Below, one piece after another: positions 1 to 15,000 of a DNA stretch of 64,000 nt. Origin of the DNA: Auanema rhodensis. Its lineage: Eukaryota; Animalia; Nematoda. Numbering within the stretch: position 1 is the stretch's first letter; every line of letters starts with the position of its first letter. The notes below the pieces were generated by a model. The model worked only from the letters and a program-made list of their open reading frames with translations, was not told the DNA's origin and did not search any database. Location: assembly GCA_964057225.1 (NCBI GenBank), contig OZ059895.1, positions 10,602,001-10,666,000 of the forward strand, written 5' to 3'. Position numbers and translations under genes: made by a program.

Positions 1-3000
1 TTTTGTTAGCACAGAACCATATTAATCATATTTTCCGGCGCGCTCAAATTGCTATTTTGTTCGATTTTTATGAAAAATTAAAAATTTTAAAATGTTTATT
101 TTTTAGCAATAGAAATACGTGCATCATCTTATTCAACTCAAAATCGACTGTTTGATAATATAATTTAGGTTTTGTAAGCATATATCCATAGTAATCATGT
201 TTTGCGGCTGGTTCAACTTGCTATTTCGTTTGATTTTATGAAAAACCAAATTTTTAAAATGTTTATTTTTAGCCCTAGAAATACGTGCTACATCTCATTA
301 AACTAAGAATTAGTTAATTAAAGAGCTAAAACAAATTTTGTTAGCACAGAACCATATTAATCATATTTTACGGCGGGCTCAAGTTGCTATTTTGTTCGAT
401 TTTTATGAAAAATTAAAAATTTTTAAATGTTTATTTTTAGCCCTAGAAATACGTGCAACACCTTATTAAACTCAAAATCGACTGTTTGATAATTTAAATT
501 TGGTTTTGTAAGCATATATCCATAGTAATCATGTTTTGCGGCGGGCTCTACTTGCTATTTCGTTTGATTTTCATGAAAAATTAAATATTCTAAAAATTTT
601 ATTTCTTGTCCGAGAAGTACGTGCTACATCTCATTTAAGGAAGACTTAGTTGATTGAGAAGGCAAAACAAATTTTGTTAGCACAGAACCATATTAATCAT
701 ATTTTCCGGCGGGCTCAAGTTGCTATTTTGTTCGATTTTTATGAAAAATTAAAAATTTTTAAATGTTTATTTTTAGCCCTAGAAATACGTGCAACACCTT
801 ATTAAACTCAAAATCGACTGTTTGATAATTTAAATTTGGTTTTGTAAGCATATATCCATAGTAATCATGTTTTGCGGCGGGCTCTACTTGCTATTTCGTT
901 TGATTTTCAAGAAAAATTAAATATTCTAAAAATTTTATTTCTTGTCCTAGAACTACGTGCTACATCTCATTAAACTAAGAATTAGTTGATTGAAAAAGCA
1001 AAACAAATTTTGTTAGCACAGAACCATATTAATCATATTTTACGGCGCGCTCAAGTTGCTATTTTGTTCGATTTTTATGAAAAATAAAAAAGTTTAAAAT
1101 GTTTATTTTTAGCCCTAGAAATACGTGCATCATCATATTCAACTTAAAATCGACTGTTTGATAATTTAAATTTGGTTTTGTAAGCATATATCCATAGTAA
1201 TCATGTTTTGCGGCGGGCTCTACTTGCTATTTCGTTTGATTTTTATGAAAAATTAAATATTCTAAAAATATTATTTTTTGTCCTAGAACTACGTGCTACA
1301 TCTCATTAAACTAAGAATTAGTTAATTAAAGAGCTAAAACAAATTTTGTTAGCACAGAACCATATTAATCATATTTTACGGCGGGCTCAAGTTGCTATTT
1401 TGTTCGATTTTTATGAAAAATTAAAAATTTTTAAATGTTTATTTTTAGCCCTAGAAATACGTGCAACATCTTATTAAACTCAAAATCGACTGTTTGATAT
1501 TTTAAATTTGGTTTCGTAAGCATATATCCATAGTAATCATGTTTTGCGGCGGGCTCTACTTGCTATTTCGTTTGATTTTCATGAAAAATTAAATATTCTA
1601 AAAATTTTATTTCTTGTCCTAGAACTACGTGCTACATCTCATTAAACTAAGAATTAGTTAATTAAAGAGCTAAAACAAATTTTGTTAGCACAGAACCATA
1701 TTAATCATATTTTCCGGCGCGCTCAAATTGCTATTTTGTTCGATTTTTATGAAAAATTAAAAATTTTAAAATGTTTATTTTTTAGCAATAGAAATACGTA
1801 CATCATCTTATTCAACTCAAAATCGATTGTTTGATAATATAAATTAGGTTTTGTAAGCATATATCCATAGTAATCATGTTTTGCGGCTGGTTCAACTTGC
1901 TATTTCGTTTGATTTTATGAAAAACCAAATTTTTAAAATGTTTATTTTTAGCCCTAGAAATACTTTCAACATCTTATTCATTTCAAAGTTGACTTTTTGA
2001 TAATATAAATTTGGTTTTGTAAACATATATCCATAGTAATCATGTTTTGCGGCGGGCTCAACTTGCTATTTCGTTTGATTTTATGAAAAACCAAATTTTT
2101 AAAATGTTTATTTTTAGCCCTAGAAATACGTGCAACATCTTATTCATTTCAAAGTTGACTTTTTGATAATATAATTTTGGTTTTGTGAGCATATATCAAT
2201 AGTAATCATGTTTTGCGGCGGGCTCAACTTGCTATTTCGTTTAATTTTTATGAAAAATTAAATATTCTAAAAATTTTATTTCTTGTCGGAGAAGTACGTG
2301 CTACATCTCATTTAAGTAAGACTTAGTTGATTGAGAAGGCAAAACAAATTTTGTTAGCACAGAACCATATTAATCATATTTTCCGGCGGGCTCAAGTTGC
2401 TATTTTGTTCGATTTTTATGAAAAATTAAAAATTTTTAAATGTTTATTTTTAGCCCTAGAAATACGTGCAACATCTTATTAAACTCAAAATCGACTGTTT
2501 GATAATTTAAATTTGGTTTTGTAAGCATATATCCATAGTAATCATGTTTTGCGGCGGGCTCAACTTGCTATTTCGTTTGATTTTCATGAAAAATTAAATA
2601 TTCTAAAAATTTTATTTCTTGTCCTAGAACTACGTGCTACATCTCATTAAACTAAGAATTAGTTAATTAAAGAGCTAAAACAAATTTTGTTAGCACAGAA
2701 CCATATTAATCATATTTTACGGCGGGCTCAAGTTGCTATTTTGTTCGATTTTTATGAAAAATTAAAAATTTTAAAATGTTTATTTTTAGCCCTAGAAATA
2801 CGTGCAACACCTTATTAAACTCAAAATCGACTGTTTGATAATTTAAATTTGGTTTTGTAAGCATATATCCATAGTAATCATGTTTTGCGGCGGGCTCAAC
2901 TTGCTATTTCGTTTGATTTTCATGAAAAATTAAATATTCTAAAAATTTTATTTCTTGTCCTAGAACTACGTGCTACATCTCATTAAACTAAGAATTAGTT

Positions 3001-6000
3001 GATTGAAGAAGCAAAACAAATTTTGTTAGCACAGAACCATATTAATCATATTTTACGGCGCGCTCAAGTTGCTATTTTGTTCGATTTTTATGAAAAATAA
3101 AAAAGTTTAAAATGTTTATTTTTAGCCCTAGAAATACGTGCATCATCATATTCAACTTAAAATCGACTGTTTGATAATATAAATTAGGTTTTGTAAGTAT
3201 ATATCAATAGTAATCATGTTTTGCGGCGGGTTCCACTTGCTATTTCGTTTGATTTTTATGAAAAATTAAATATTCTAAAAATTTTATTTCTTGTCCGAGA
3301 AGTACGTGCTACATCTCATTTAAGAAAGACTTAGTTGATTGAGAAGGCAAAACAAATTTTGTTAGCACAGAACCATATTAATCATATTTTCCGGCGCGCT
3401 CAAATTGCTATTTTGTTCGATTTTTATGAAAAATTAAAAATTTTAAAATGTTTATTTTTTAGCAATAGAAATACGTGCATCATCTTATTCAACTCAAAAT
3501 CGATTGTTTGATAATATAAATTAGGTTTTGTAAGCATATATCCATAGTAATCATGTTTTGCGGCTGGTTCAACTTGCTATTTCGTTTGATTTTATGAAAA
3601 ACCAAATTTTCAAAATGTTTATTTTTAGCCCTAGAAATACGTGCAACATCTTATTCATTTCAAAGTTGACTTTTTGATAATATAAATTTGGTTTTGTAAG
3701 CATATATCCATAGTAATCATGTTTTGCGGCGGGCTCAACTTGCTATTTCGTTTGATTTTATGAAAAACCAAATTTTTAAAATGTTTATTTTTAGCCCTAG
3801 AAATACGTGCAACATCTTATTCATTTCAAAGTTGACTTTTTGATAATATAATTTTGGTTTTGTGAGCATATATCAATAGTAATCATGTTTTGCGGCGGGC
3901 TCAACTTGCTATTTCGTTTAATTTTTATGAAAAATTAAATATTCTAAAAATTTTATTTCTTGTCGGAGAAGTACGTGCTACATCTCATTTAAGTAAGACT
4001 TAGTTGATTGAGAAGGCAAAACAAATTTTGTTAGCACAGAACCATATTAATCATATTTTCCGGCGGGCTCAAGTTGCTATTTTGTTCGATTTTTATGAAA
4101 AATTAAAAATTTTTAAATGTTTATTTTTAGCCCTAGAAATACGTGCAACATCTTATTAAACTCAAAATCGACTGTTTGATAATTTAAATTTGGTTTTGTA
4201 AGCATATATCCATAGTAATCATGTTTTGCGGCGGGCTCAACTTGCTATTTCGTTTGATTTTCATGAAAAATTAAATATTCTAAAAATTTTATTTCTTGTC
4301 CTAGAACTACGTGCTACATCTCATTAAACTAAGAATTAGTTAATTAAAGAGCTAAAACAAATTTTGTTAGCACAGAACCATATTAATCATATTTTACGGC
4401 GGGCTCAAGTTGCTATTTTGTTCGATTTTTATGAAAAATTAAAAATTTTAAAATGTTTATTTTTAGCCCTAGAAATACGTGCAACACCTTATTAAACTCA
4501 AAATCGACTGTTTGATAATTTAAATTTGGTTTTGTAAGCATATATCCATAGTAATCATGTTTTGCGGCGGGCTCAACTTGCTATTTCGTTTGATTTTCAT
4601 GAAAAATTAAATATTCTAAAAATTTTATTTCTTGTCCTAGAACTACGTGCTACATCTCATTAAACTAAGAATTAGTTGATTGAAGAAGCAAAACAAATTT
4701 TGTTAGCACAGAACCATATTAATCATATTTTACGGCGCGCTCAAGTTGCTATTTTGTTCGATTTTTATGAAAAATAAAAAAGTTTAAAATGTTTATTTTT
4801 AGCCCTAGAAATACGTGCATCATCATATTCAACTTAAAATCGACTGTTTGATAATATAAATTAGGTTTTGTAAGTATATATCAATAGTAATCATGTTTTG
4901 CGGCGGGTTCCACTTGCTATTTCGTTTGATTTTTATGAAAAATTAAATATTCTAAAAATTTTATTTCTTGTCCGAGAAGTACGTGCTACATCTCATTTAA
5001 GAAAGACTTAGTTGATTGAGAAGGCAAAACAAATTTTGTTAGCACAGAACCATATTAATCATATTTTCCGGCGCGCTCAAATTGCTATTTTGTTCGATTT
5101 TTATGAAAAATTAAAAATTTTAAAATGTTTATTTTTTAGCAATAGAAATACGTGCATCATCTTATTCAACTCAAAATCGATTGTTTGATAATATAAATTA
5201 GGTTTTGTAAGCATATATCCATAGTAATCATGTTTTGCGGCTGGTTCAACTTGCTATTTCGTTTGATTTTATGAAAAACCAAATTTTCAAAATGTTTATT
5301 TTTAGCCCTAGAAATACGTGCAACATCTTATTCATTTCAAAGTTGACTTTTTGATAATATAAATTTGGTTTTGTAAGCATATATCCATAGTAATCATGTT
5401 TTGCGGCGGGCTCAACTTGCTATTTCGTTTGATTTTATGAAAAACCAAATTTTTAAAATGTTTATTTTTAGCCCTAGAAATACGTGCAACATCTTTTTCA
5501 TTTCAAAGTTGGCTTTTTGATAATATAAATTTGGTTTTGTAAGCATATATCCATAGTAATCATGTTTTGCGGCGGGCTCAACTTGCTATTTCGTTTGATT
5601 TTCATGAAAAATTAAATATTCTAAAAATTTTATTTCTTGTCCTAGAACTACGTGCTACATCTCATTAAACTAAGAATTAGTTGATTGAAGAAGCAAAACA
5701 AATTTTGTTAGCACAGAACCATATTAATCATATTTTACGGCGCGCTCAAGTTGCTATTTTGTTCGATTTTTATGAAAAATAAAAAAGTTTAAAATGTTTA
5801 TTTTTAGCCCTAGAAATACGTGCATCATCATATTCAACTTAAAATCGACTGTTTGATAATATAAATTAGGTTTTGTAAGTATATATCAATAGTTATCATG
5901 TTTTGCGGCGGGTTCCACTTGCTATTTCGTTTGATTTTTATGAAAAATTAAATATTCTAAAAATTTTATTTCTTGTCCGAGAAGTACGTGCTCTATCTTA

Positions 6001-9000
6001 TTTAAGTAAGACTTAGTTGATTGAGAAGGCAAAACAAATTTTGTTAGCACAGAACCATATTAATCATATTTTCCGGCGCGCTCAAATTGCTATTTTGTTC
6101 GATTTTTATGAAAAATTAAAAATTTTAAAATGTTTATTTTTTAGCAATAGAAATACGTGCATCATCTTATTCAACTCAAAATCGACTGTTTGATAATATA
6201 AATTAGGTTTTGTAAGCATATATCCATAGTAATCATGTTTTGCGGCTGGTTCAACTTGCTATTTCGTTTGATTTTATGAAAAACCAAATTTTTAAAATGT
6301 TTATTTTTAGCCCTAGAAATACGTGCTACATCTCATTAAACTAAGAATTAGTTAATTAAAGAGCTAAAACAAATTTTTTTAGCACAGAACCATATTAATC
6401 ATATTTTCCGGCGGGCTCAAGTTGCTATTTTGTTCGATTTTTATGAAAAATTAAAAATTTTTAAATGTTTATTTTTAGCCCTAGAAATACGTGCAACATC
6501 TTATTAAACTCAAAATCGACTGTTTGATAATTTAAATTTGGTTTTGTAAGCATATATCCATAGCAATCATGTTTTGCGGCGGGTTCAACTTGCTATTTCG
6601 TTTGATTTTCATGAAAAATTAAATATTCTAAAAATATTATTTCTTGTCCTAGAACTACGTGCTACATCTCATTAAACTAAGAATTAGTTAATTAAAGAGC
6701 TAAAACAAATTTTTTTAGCACAGAACCATATTAATCATATTTTACGGCGGGCTCAAGTTGCTATTTTGTTCGATTTTTATGAAAAATTAAAAATTTTTAA
6801 ATGTTTATTTTTAGCCCTAGAAATACGTGCAACATCTTATTAAACTCAAAATCGACTGTTTGATAATTTAAATTTGGTTTTGTAAGCATATATCCATAGC
6901 AATCATGTTTTGCGGCGGGTTCAACTTGCTATTTCGTTTGATTTTCATGAAAAATTAAATATTCTAAAAATATTATTTCTTGTCCTAGAACTACGTGCTA
7001 CATCTCATTAAACTAAGAATTAGTTAATTAAAGAGCTAAAACAAATTTTGTTAGCACAGAACCATATTAATCATATTTTACGGCGGGCTCAAGTTGCTAT
7101 TTTGTTCGATTTTTATGAAAAATTAAAAATTTTAAAATGTTTATTTTTAGCCCTAGAAATACGTGCAACACCTTATTAAACTCAAAATCGACTGTTTGAT
7201 AATTTAAATTTGGTTTTGTAAGCATATATCCATAGTAATCATGTTTTGCGGCGGGCTCAACTTGCTATTTCGTTTGATTTTCATGAAAAATTAAATATTC
7301 TAAAAATTTTATTTCTTGTCCTAGAACTACGTGCTACATCTCATTAAACTAAGAATTAGTTGATTGAAAAAGCAAAACAAATTTTGTTAGCACAGAACCA
7401 TATTAATCATATTTTACGGCGCGCTCAAGTTGCTATTTTGTTCGATTTTTATGAAAAATAAAAAAGTTTAAAATGTTTATTTTTAGCCCTAGAAATACGT
7501 GCATCATCATATTCAACTTAAAATCGACTGTTTGATAATATAAATTAGGTTTTGTAAGTATATATCAATAGTAATCATGTTTTGCGGCGGGTTCCACTTG
7601 CTATTTCGTTTGATTTTTATGAAAAATTAAATATTCTAAAAATTTTATTTCTTGTCCGAGAAGTACGTGCTACATTTCATTAAACTAAGAATTAGTTAAT
7701 TAAAGAGCTAAAACAAATTTTGTTAGCACAGAACCATATTAATCATATTTTCCGGCGCGCTCAAATTGCTATTTTGTTCGATTTTTATGAAAAATTAAAA
7801 ATTTTAAAATGTTTATTTTTTAGCAATAGAAATACGTACATCATCTTATTCAACTCAAAATCGATTGTTTGATAATATAAATTAGGTTTTGTAAGCATAT
7901 ATCCATAGTAATCATGTTTTGCGGCTGGTTCAACTTGCTATTTCGTTTGATTTTATGAAAAACCAAATTTTTAAAATGTTTATTTTTAGCCCTAGAAATA
8001 CGTGCAACATCTTATTCATTTCAAAGTTGACTTTTTGATAATATAAATTTGGTTTTGTAAGCATATATCCATAGTAATCATGTTTTGCGGCGGGCTCAAC
8101 TTGCTATTTCGTTTGATTTTATGAAAAACCAAATTTTTAAAATGTTTATTTTTAGCCCTAGAAATACGTGCAACATCTTTTTCATTTCAAAGTTGACTTT
8201 TTGATAATATAAATTAGGTTTTGTAAGTATATATCAATAGTAATCATGTTTTGCGGCGGGTTCCACTTGCTATTTCGTTTGATTTTTATGAAAAATTAAA
8301 TATTCTAAAAATTTTATTTCTTGTCCGAGAACTACGTGCTACATCTCATTAAACTAAGACTTAGTTGATTGAGAAGGCAAAACAAATTTTGTTAGCACAG
8401 AACCATATTAATCATATTTTCCGGCGCGCTCAAATTGCTATTTTGTTCGATTTTTATGAAAAATTAAAAATTTTAAAATGTTTATTTTTTAGCAATAGAA
8501 ATACGTGCAACATCTTATTATCTAAGAAAATTTGAAAATTAAATAATTGAAAAAGTAAAACAAATTTTGTTAGCACAGAACCATATTAATCATATTTTCC
8601 GGCGGGCTCAAGTTGCTATTTTGTTCGATTTTTATGAAAAATTAAAAATTTTTAAATGTTTATTTTTAGCCCTAGAAATACGTGCAACATCTTATTAAAC
8701 TCAAAATCGACTGTTTGATAATTTAAATTTGGTTTTGTAAGCATATATCCATAGTAATAATGTTTTGCGGCGGGCTCAACTTGCTATTTCGTTTGATTTT
8801 CATGAAAAATTAAATATTCTAAAAATTTTATTTCTTGTCCTAGAACTACGTGCTACATCTCATTAAACTAAGAATTAGTTAATTAAAGAGCTAAAACAAA
8901 TTTTGTTAGCACAGAACCATATTAATCATATTTTACGGCGGGCTCAAGTTGCTATTTTGTTCGATTTTTATGAAAAATTAAAAATTTTAAAATGTTTATT

Positions 9001-12000
9001 TTTAGCCCTAGAAATACGTGCAACACCTTATTAAACTCAAAATCGACTGTTTGATAATTTAAATTTGGTTTTGTAAGCATATATCCATAGTAATCATGTT
9101 TTGCGGCGGGCTCAACTTGCTATTTCGTTTGATTTTCATGAAAAATTAAATATTCTAAAAATTTTATTTCTTGTCCTAGAACTACGTGCTACATCTCATT
9201 AAACTAAGAATTAGTTGATTGAAGAAGCAAAACAAATTTTGTTAGCACAGAACCATATTAATCATATTTTACGGCGCGCTCAACTTGCTATTTCGTTTGA
9301 TTTTATGAAAAACCAAATTTTTAAAATGTTTATTTTTAGCCCTAGAAATACGTGCAACATCTTATTCATTTCAAAATCGACTGTTTGATAATTTAAATTT
9401 GGTTTTGTAAGCATATATCCATAGTAATAATGTTTTGCGGCGGGCTCAACTTGCTATTTCGTTTGATTTTATGAAAAACCAAATTTTTAAAATGTTTATT
9501 TTTAGCCCTAGAAATACGTGCAACATCTTATTCATTTCAAAGTTGACTTTTTGATAATATAAATTTGGTTTTGTAAGCATATATCAATAGTAATCATGTT
9601 TTGCGGCGGGTTCCACTTGCTATTTCGTTTGATTTTTATGAAAAATTAAATATTCTAAAAATTTTATTTCTTGTCCGAGAAGTACGTGCTACATCTCATT
9701 TAAGTAAGACTTAGTTGATTAAGAAGGCAAAACAAATTTTGTTAGCACAGAACCATATTAATCATATTTTCCGGCGGGCTCAAGTTGCTATTTTGTTCGA
9801 TTTTTATGAAAAATTAAAAATTTTAAAATGTTTATTTTTAGCCCTAGAAATACGTGCAACATCTTATTAAACTCAAAATCGACTGTTTGATAATTTAAAT
9901 TTGGTTTTGTAAGCATATATCCATAGTAATCATGTTTTGCGGCGGGCTCAACTTGCTATTTCGTTTGATTTTCATGAAAAATTAAATATTCTAAAAATTT
10001 TATTTCTTGTCCTAGAACTACGTGCTACATCTCATTAAACTAAGAATTAGTTAATTAAAGAGCTAAAACAAATTTTGTTAGCACAGAACCATATTAATCA
10101 TATTTTACGGCGCGCTCAACTTGCTATTTCGTTTGATTTTATGAAAAACCAAATTTTTAAAATGTTTATTTTTAGCCCTAGAAATACGTGCAACATCTTA
10201 TTCATTTCAAAGTTGACTTTTTGATAATATAAATTTGGTTTTGTAAGCATATATCAATAGTAATCATGTTTTGCGGCGGGTTCCACTTGCTATTTCGTTT
10301 GATTTTATGAAAAACCAAATTTTTAAAATGTTTATTTTTAGCCCTAGAAATACGTGCAACATCTTATTAAACTCAAAATCGACTGTTTGATAATTTAAAT
10401 TTGGTTTTGTAAGCATATATCCATAGTAATCATGTTTTGCGGCGGGCTCAACTTGCTATTTCGTTTGATTTTCATGAAAAATTAAATATTCTAAAAATTT
10501 TATTTCTTGTCCTAGAACTACGTGCTACATCTCATTAAACTAAGAATTAGTTGATTGAAGAAGCAAAACAAATTTTGTTAGCACAGAACCATATTAATCA
10601 TATTTTACGGCGCGCTCAACTTGCTATTTCGTTTGATTTTATGAAAAACCAAATTTTTAAAATGTTTATTTTTAGCCCTAGAAATACGTGCAACATCTTA
10701 TTCATTTCAAAGTTGACTTTTTGATAATATAAATTTGGTTTTGTAAGCATATATCAATAGTAATCATGTTTTGCGGCGGGTTCCACTTGCTATTTCGTTT
10801 GATTTTTATGAAAAATTAAATATTCTAAAAATTTTATTTCTTGTCCGAGAAGTACGTGCTACATCTCATTTAAGTAAGACTTAGTTGATTAAGAAGGCAA
10901 AACAAATTTTGTTAGCACAGAACCATATTAATCATATTTTCCGGCGGGCTCAAGTTGCTATTTTGTTCGATTTTTATGAAAAATTAAAAATTTTAAAATG
11001 TTTATTTTTAGCCCTAGAAATACGTGCAACATCTTATTAAACTCAAAATCGACTGTTTGATAATTTAAATTTGGTTTTGTAAGCATATATCCATAGTAAT
11101 CATGTTTTGCGGCGGGCTCAACTTGCTATTTCGTTTGATTTTCATGAAAAATTAAATATTCTAAAAATTTTATTTCTTGTCCTAGAACTACGTGCTACAT
11201 CTCATTAAACTAAGAATTAGTTAATTAAAGAGCTAAAACAAATTTTGTTAGCACAGAACCATATTAATCATATTTTACGGCGGGCTCAAGTTGCTATTTT
11301 GTTCGATTTTTATGAAAAATTAAAAATTTTAAAATGTTTATTTTTAGCCCTAGAAATACGTGCAACACCTTATTAAACTCAAAATCGACTGTTTGATAAT
11401 TTAAATTTGGTTTTGTAAGCATATATCCATAGTAATCATGTTTTGCGGCGGGCTCAACTTGCTATTTCGTTTGATTTTCATGAAAAATTAAATATTCTAA
11501 AAATTTTATTTCTTGTCCTAGAACTACGTGCTACATCTCATTAAACTAAGAATTAGTTGATTGAAGAAGCAAAACAAATTTTGTTAGCACAGAACCATAT
11601 TAATCATATTTTACGGCGCGCTCAAGTTGCTATTTTGTTCGATTTTTATGAAAAATAAAAAAGTTTAAAATGTTTATTTTTAGCCCTAGAAATACGTGCA
11701 TCATCATATTCAACTTAAAATCGACTGTTTGATAATTTAAATTTGGTTTTGTAAGCATATATCCATAGTAATCATGTTTTGCGGCTGGCTCTACTTGCTA
11801 TTTCGTTTGATTTTCATGAAAAATTAAATATTCTAAAAATATTATTTCTTGTCCTAGAACTACGTGCTACATCTCATTAAACTAAGAATTAGTTAATTAA
11901 AGAGCTAAAACAAATTTTGTTAGCACAGAACCATATTAATCATATTTTACGGCGGGCTCAAGTTGCTATTTTGTTCGATTTTTATGAAAAATTAAAAATT

Positions 12001-15000
12001 TTAAAATGTTTATTTTTAGCCCTAGAAATACGTGCAACTTCTTATTAAACTCAAAATCGACTGTTTGATAATTTAAATTTGGTTTTGTAAGCATATATCC
12101 ATAGTAATCATGTTTTGCGGCGGGCTCAACTTGCTATTTCGTTTGATTTTCATGAAAAATTAAATATTCTAAAAATTTTATTTCTTGTCCTAGAACTACG
12201 TGCTACATCTCATTAAACTGAGAATTAGTTGATTGAAGAAGCAAAACAAATTTTGTTAGCACAGAACCATATTAATCATATTTTACGGCGGGCTCAAGTT
12301 GCTATTTTGTTCGATTTTTATGAAAAATTAAAAATTTTTAAATGTTTATTTTTAGCCCTAGAAATACGTGCAACACCTTATTAAACTCAAAATCGACTGT
12401 TCGATAATTTAAATTTGGTTTTGTAAGCATATATCCATAGTAATCATGTTTTGCGGCGGGTTCCACTTGCTATTTCGTTTGATTTTTATGAAAAATTAAA
12501 TATTCTAAAAATTTTATTTCTTGTCCGAGAAGTACGTGCTACATCTCATTTAAGGAAGACTTAGTTGATTGAGAAGGCAAAACAAATTTTGTTAGCACAG
12601 AACCATATTAATCATATTTTCCGGCGGGCTCAAGTTGCTATTTTGTTCGATTTTTATGAAAAATTAAAAATTTTAAAATGTTTATTTTTAGCCCTAGAAA
12701 TACGTGCAACATCTTATTAAACTCAAAATCGACTGTTTGATAATTTAAATTTGGTTTTGTAAGCATATATCCATAGTAATCATGTTTTGCGGCGGGCTCA
12801 ACTTGCTATTTCGTTTGATTTTCATGAAAAATTAAATATTCTAAAAATTTTATTTCTAGTCCTAGAACTACGTGCTACATCTCATTAAACTAAGAATTAG
12901 TTAATTAAAGAGCTAAAACAAATTTTGTTAGCACAGAACCATATTAATCATATTTTACGGCGGGCTCAAGTTGCTATTTTGTTCGATTTTTATGAAAAAT
13001 TAAAAATTTTAAAATGTTTATTTTTAGCCCTAGAAATACGTGCAACACCTTATTAAACTCAAAATCGACTGTTTGATAATTTAAATTTGGTTTTGTAAGC
13101 ATATATCCATAGTAATCATGTTTTGCGGCGGGCTCAACTTGCTATTTCGTTTGATTTTCATGAAAAATTAAATATTCTAAAAATTTTATTTCTTGTCCTA
13201 GAACTACGTGCTACATCTCATTAAACTAAGAATTAGTTGATTGAAGAAGCAAAACAAATTTTGTTAGCACAGAACCATATTAATCATATTTTACGGCGCG
13301 CTCAAGTTGCTATTTTGTTCGATTTTTATGAAAAATAAAAAAGTTTAAAATGTTTATTTTTAGCCCTAGAAATACGTGCATCATCATATTCAACTTAAAA
13401 TCGACTGTTTGATAATTTAAATTTGGTTTTGTAAGCATATATCCATAGTAATCATGTTTTGCGGCGGGCTCAACTTGCTATTTCGTTTGATTTTCATGAA
13501 AAATTAAATATTCTAAAAATTTTATTTCTTGTCCTAGAACTACGTGCTACATCTCATTAAACTAAGAATTAGTTGATTGAAGAAGCAAAACAAATTTTGT
13601 TAGCACAGAACCATATTAATCATATTTTACGGCGGGCTCAATTTGCTATTTTGTTCGATTTTTATGAAAAATTAAAAATTTTTAAATGTTTATTTTTAGC
13701 CCTAGAAATACGTGCAACATCTTATTAAACTCAAAATCGACTGTTTGATATTTTAAATTTGGTTTCGTAAGCATATATCCATAGTAATCATGTTTTGCGG
13801 CGGGCTCTACTTGCTATTTCGTTTGATTTTCATGAAAAATTAAATATTCTAAAAATTTTATTTCTTGTCCTAGAACTACGTGCTACATCTCATTAAACTA
13901 AGAATTAGTTAATTAAAGAGCTAAAACAAATTTTGTTAGCACAGAACCATATTAATCATATTTTCCGGCGCGCTCAAATTGCTATTTTGTTCGATTTTTA
14001 TGAAAAATTAAAAATTTTAAAATGTTTATTTTTTAGCAATAGAAATACGTACATCATCTTATTCAACTCAAAATCGATTGTTTGATAATATAAATTAGGT
14101 TTTGTAAGCATATATCCATAGTAATCATGTTTTGCGGCGGGCTCAACTTGCTATTTCGTTTGATTTTCATGAAAAATTAAATATTCTAAAAATTTTATTT
14201 CTTGTCCTAGAACTACGTGCTACATCTCATTCAACTAAGAATTAGTTGATTGAAGAAGCAAAACAAATTTTGTTAGCACAGAACCATATTAATCATATTT
14301 TACGGCGCGCTCAACTTGCTATTTCGTTTGATTTTATGAAAAACCAAATTTTTAAAATGTTTATTTTTAGCCCTAGAAATACGTGCAACATCTTATTCAT
14401 TTCAAAGTTGACTTTTTGATAATATAAATTTGGTTTTGTAAGCATATATCAATAGTAATCATGTTTTGCGGCGGGTTCCACTTGCTATTTCGTTTGATTT
14501 TCATGAAAAATTAAATATTCTAAAAATTTTATTTCTTGTCCTAGAACTACGTGCTACATCTCATTAAACTAAGAATTAGTTGATTGAAGAAGCAAAACAA
14601 ATTTTGTTAGCACAGAACCATATTAATCATATTTTACGGCGCGCTCAAGTTGCTATTTTGTTCGATTTTTATGAAAAATAAAAAAGTTTAAAATGTTTAT
14701 TTTTAGCCCTAGAAATACGTGCATCATCATATTCAACTTAAAATCGACTGTTTGATAATTTAAATTTGGTTTTGTAAGCATATATCCATAGTAATCATGT
14801 TTTGCGGCGGGCTCTACTTGCTATTTCGTTTGATTTTCATGAAAAATTAAATATTCTAAAAATATTATTTCTTGTCCTAGAACTACGTGCTACATCTCAT
14901 TAAACTAAGAATTAGTTAATTAAAGAGCTCAAACAAATTTTGTTAGCACAGAACCATATTAATCATATTTTACGGCGGGCTCAAGTTGCTATTTTGTTCG

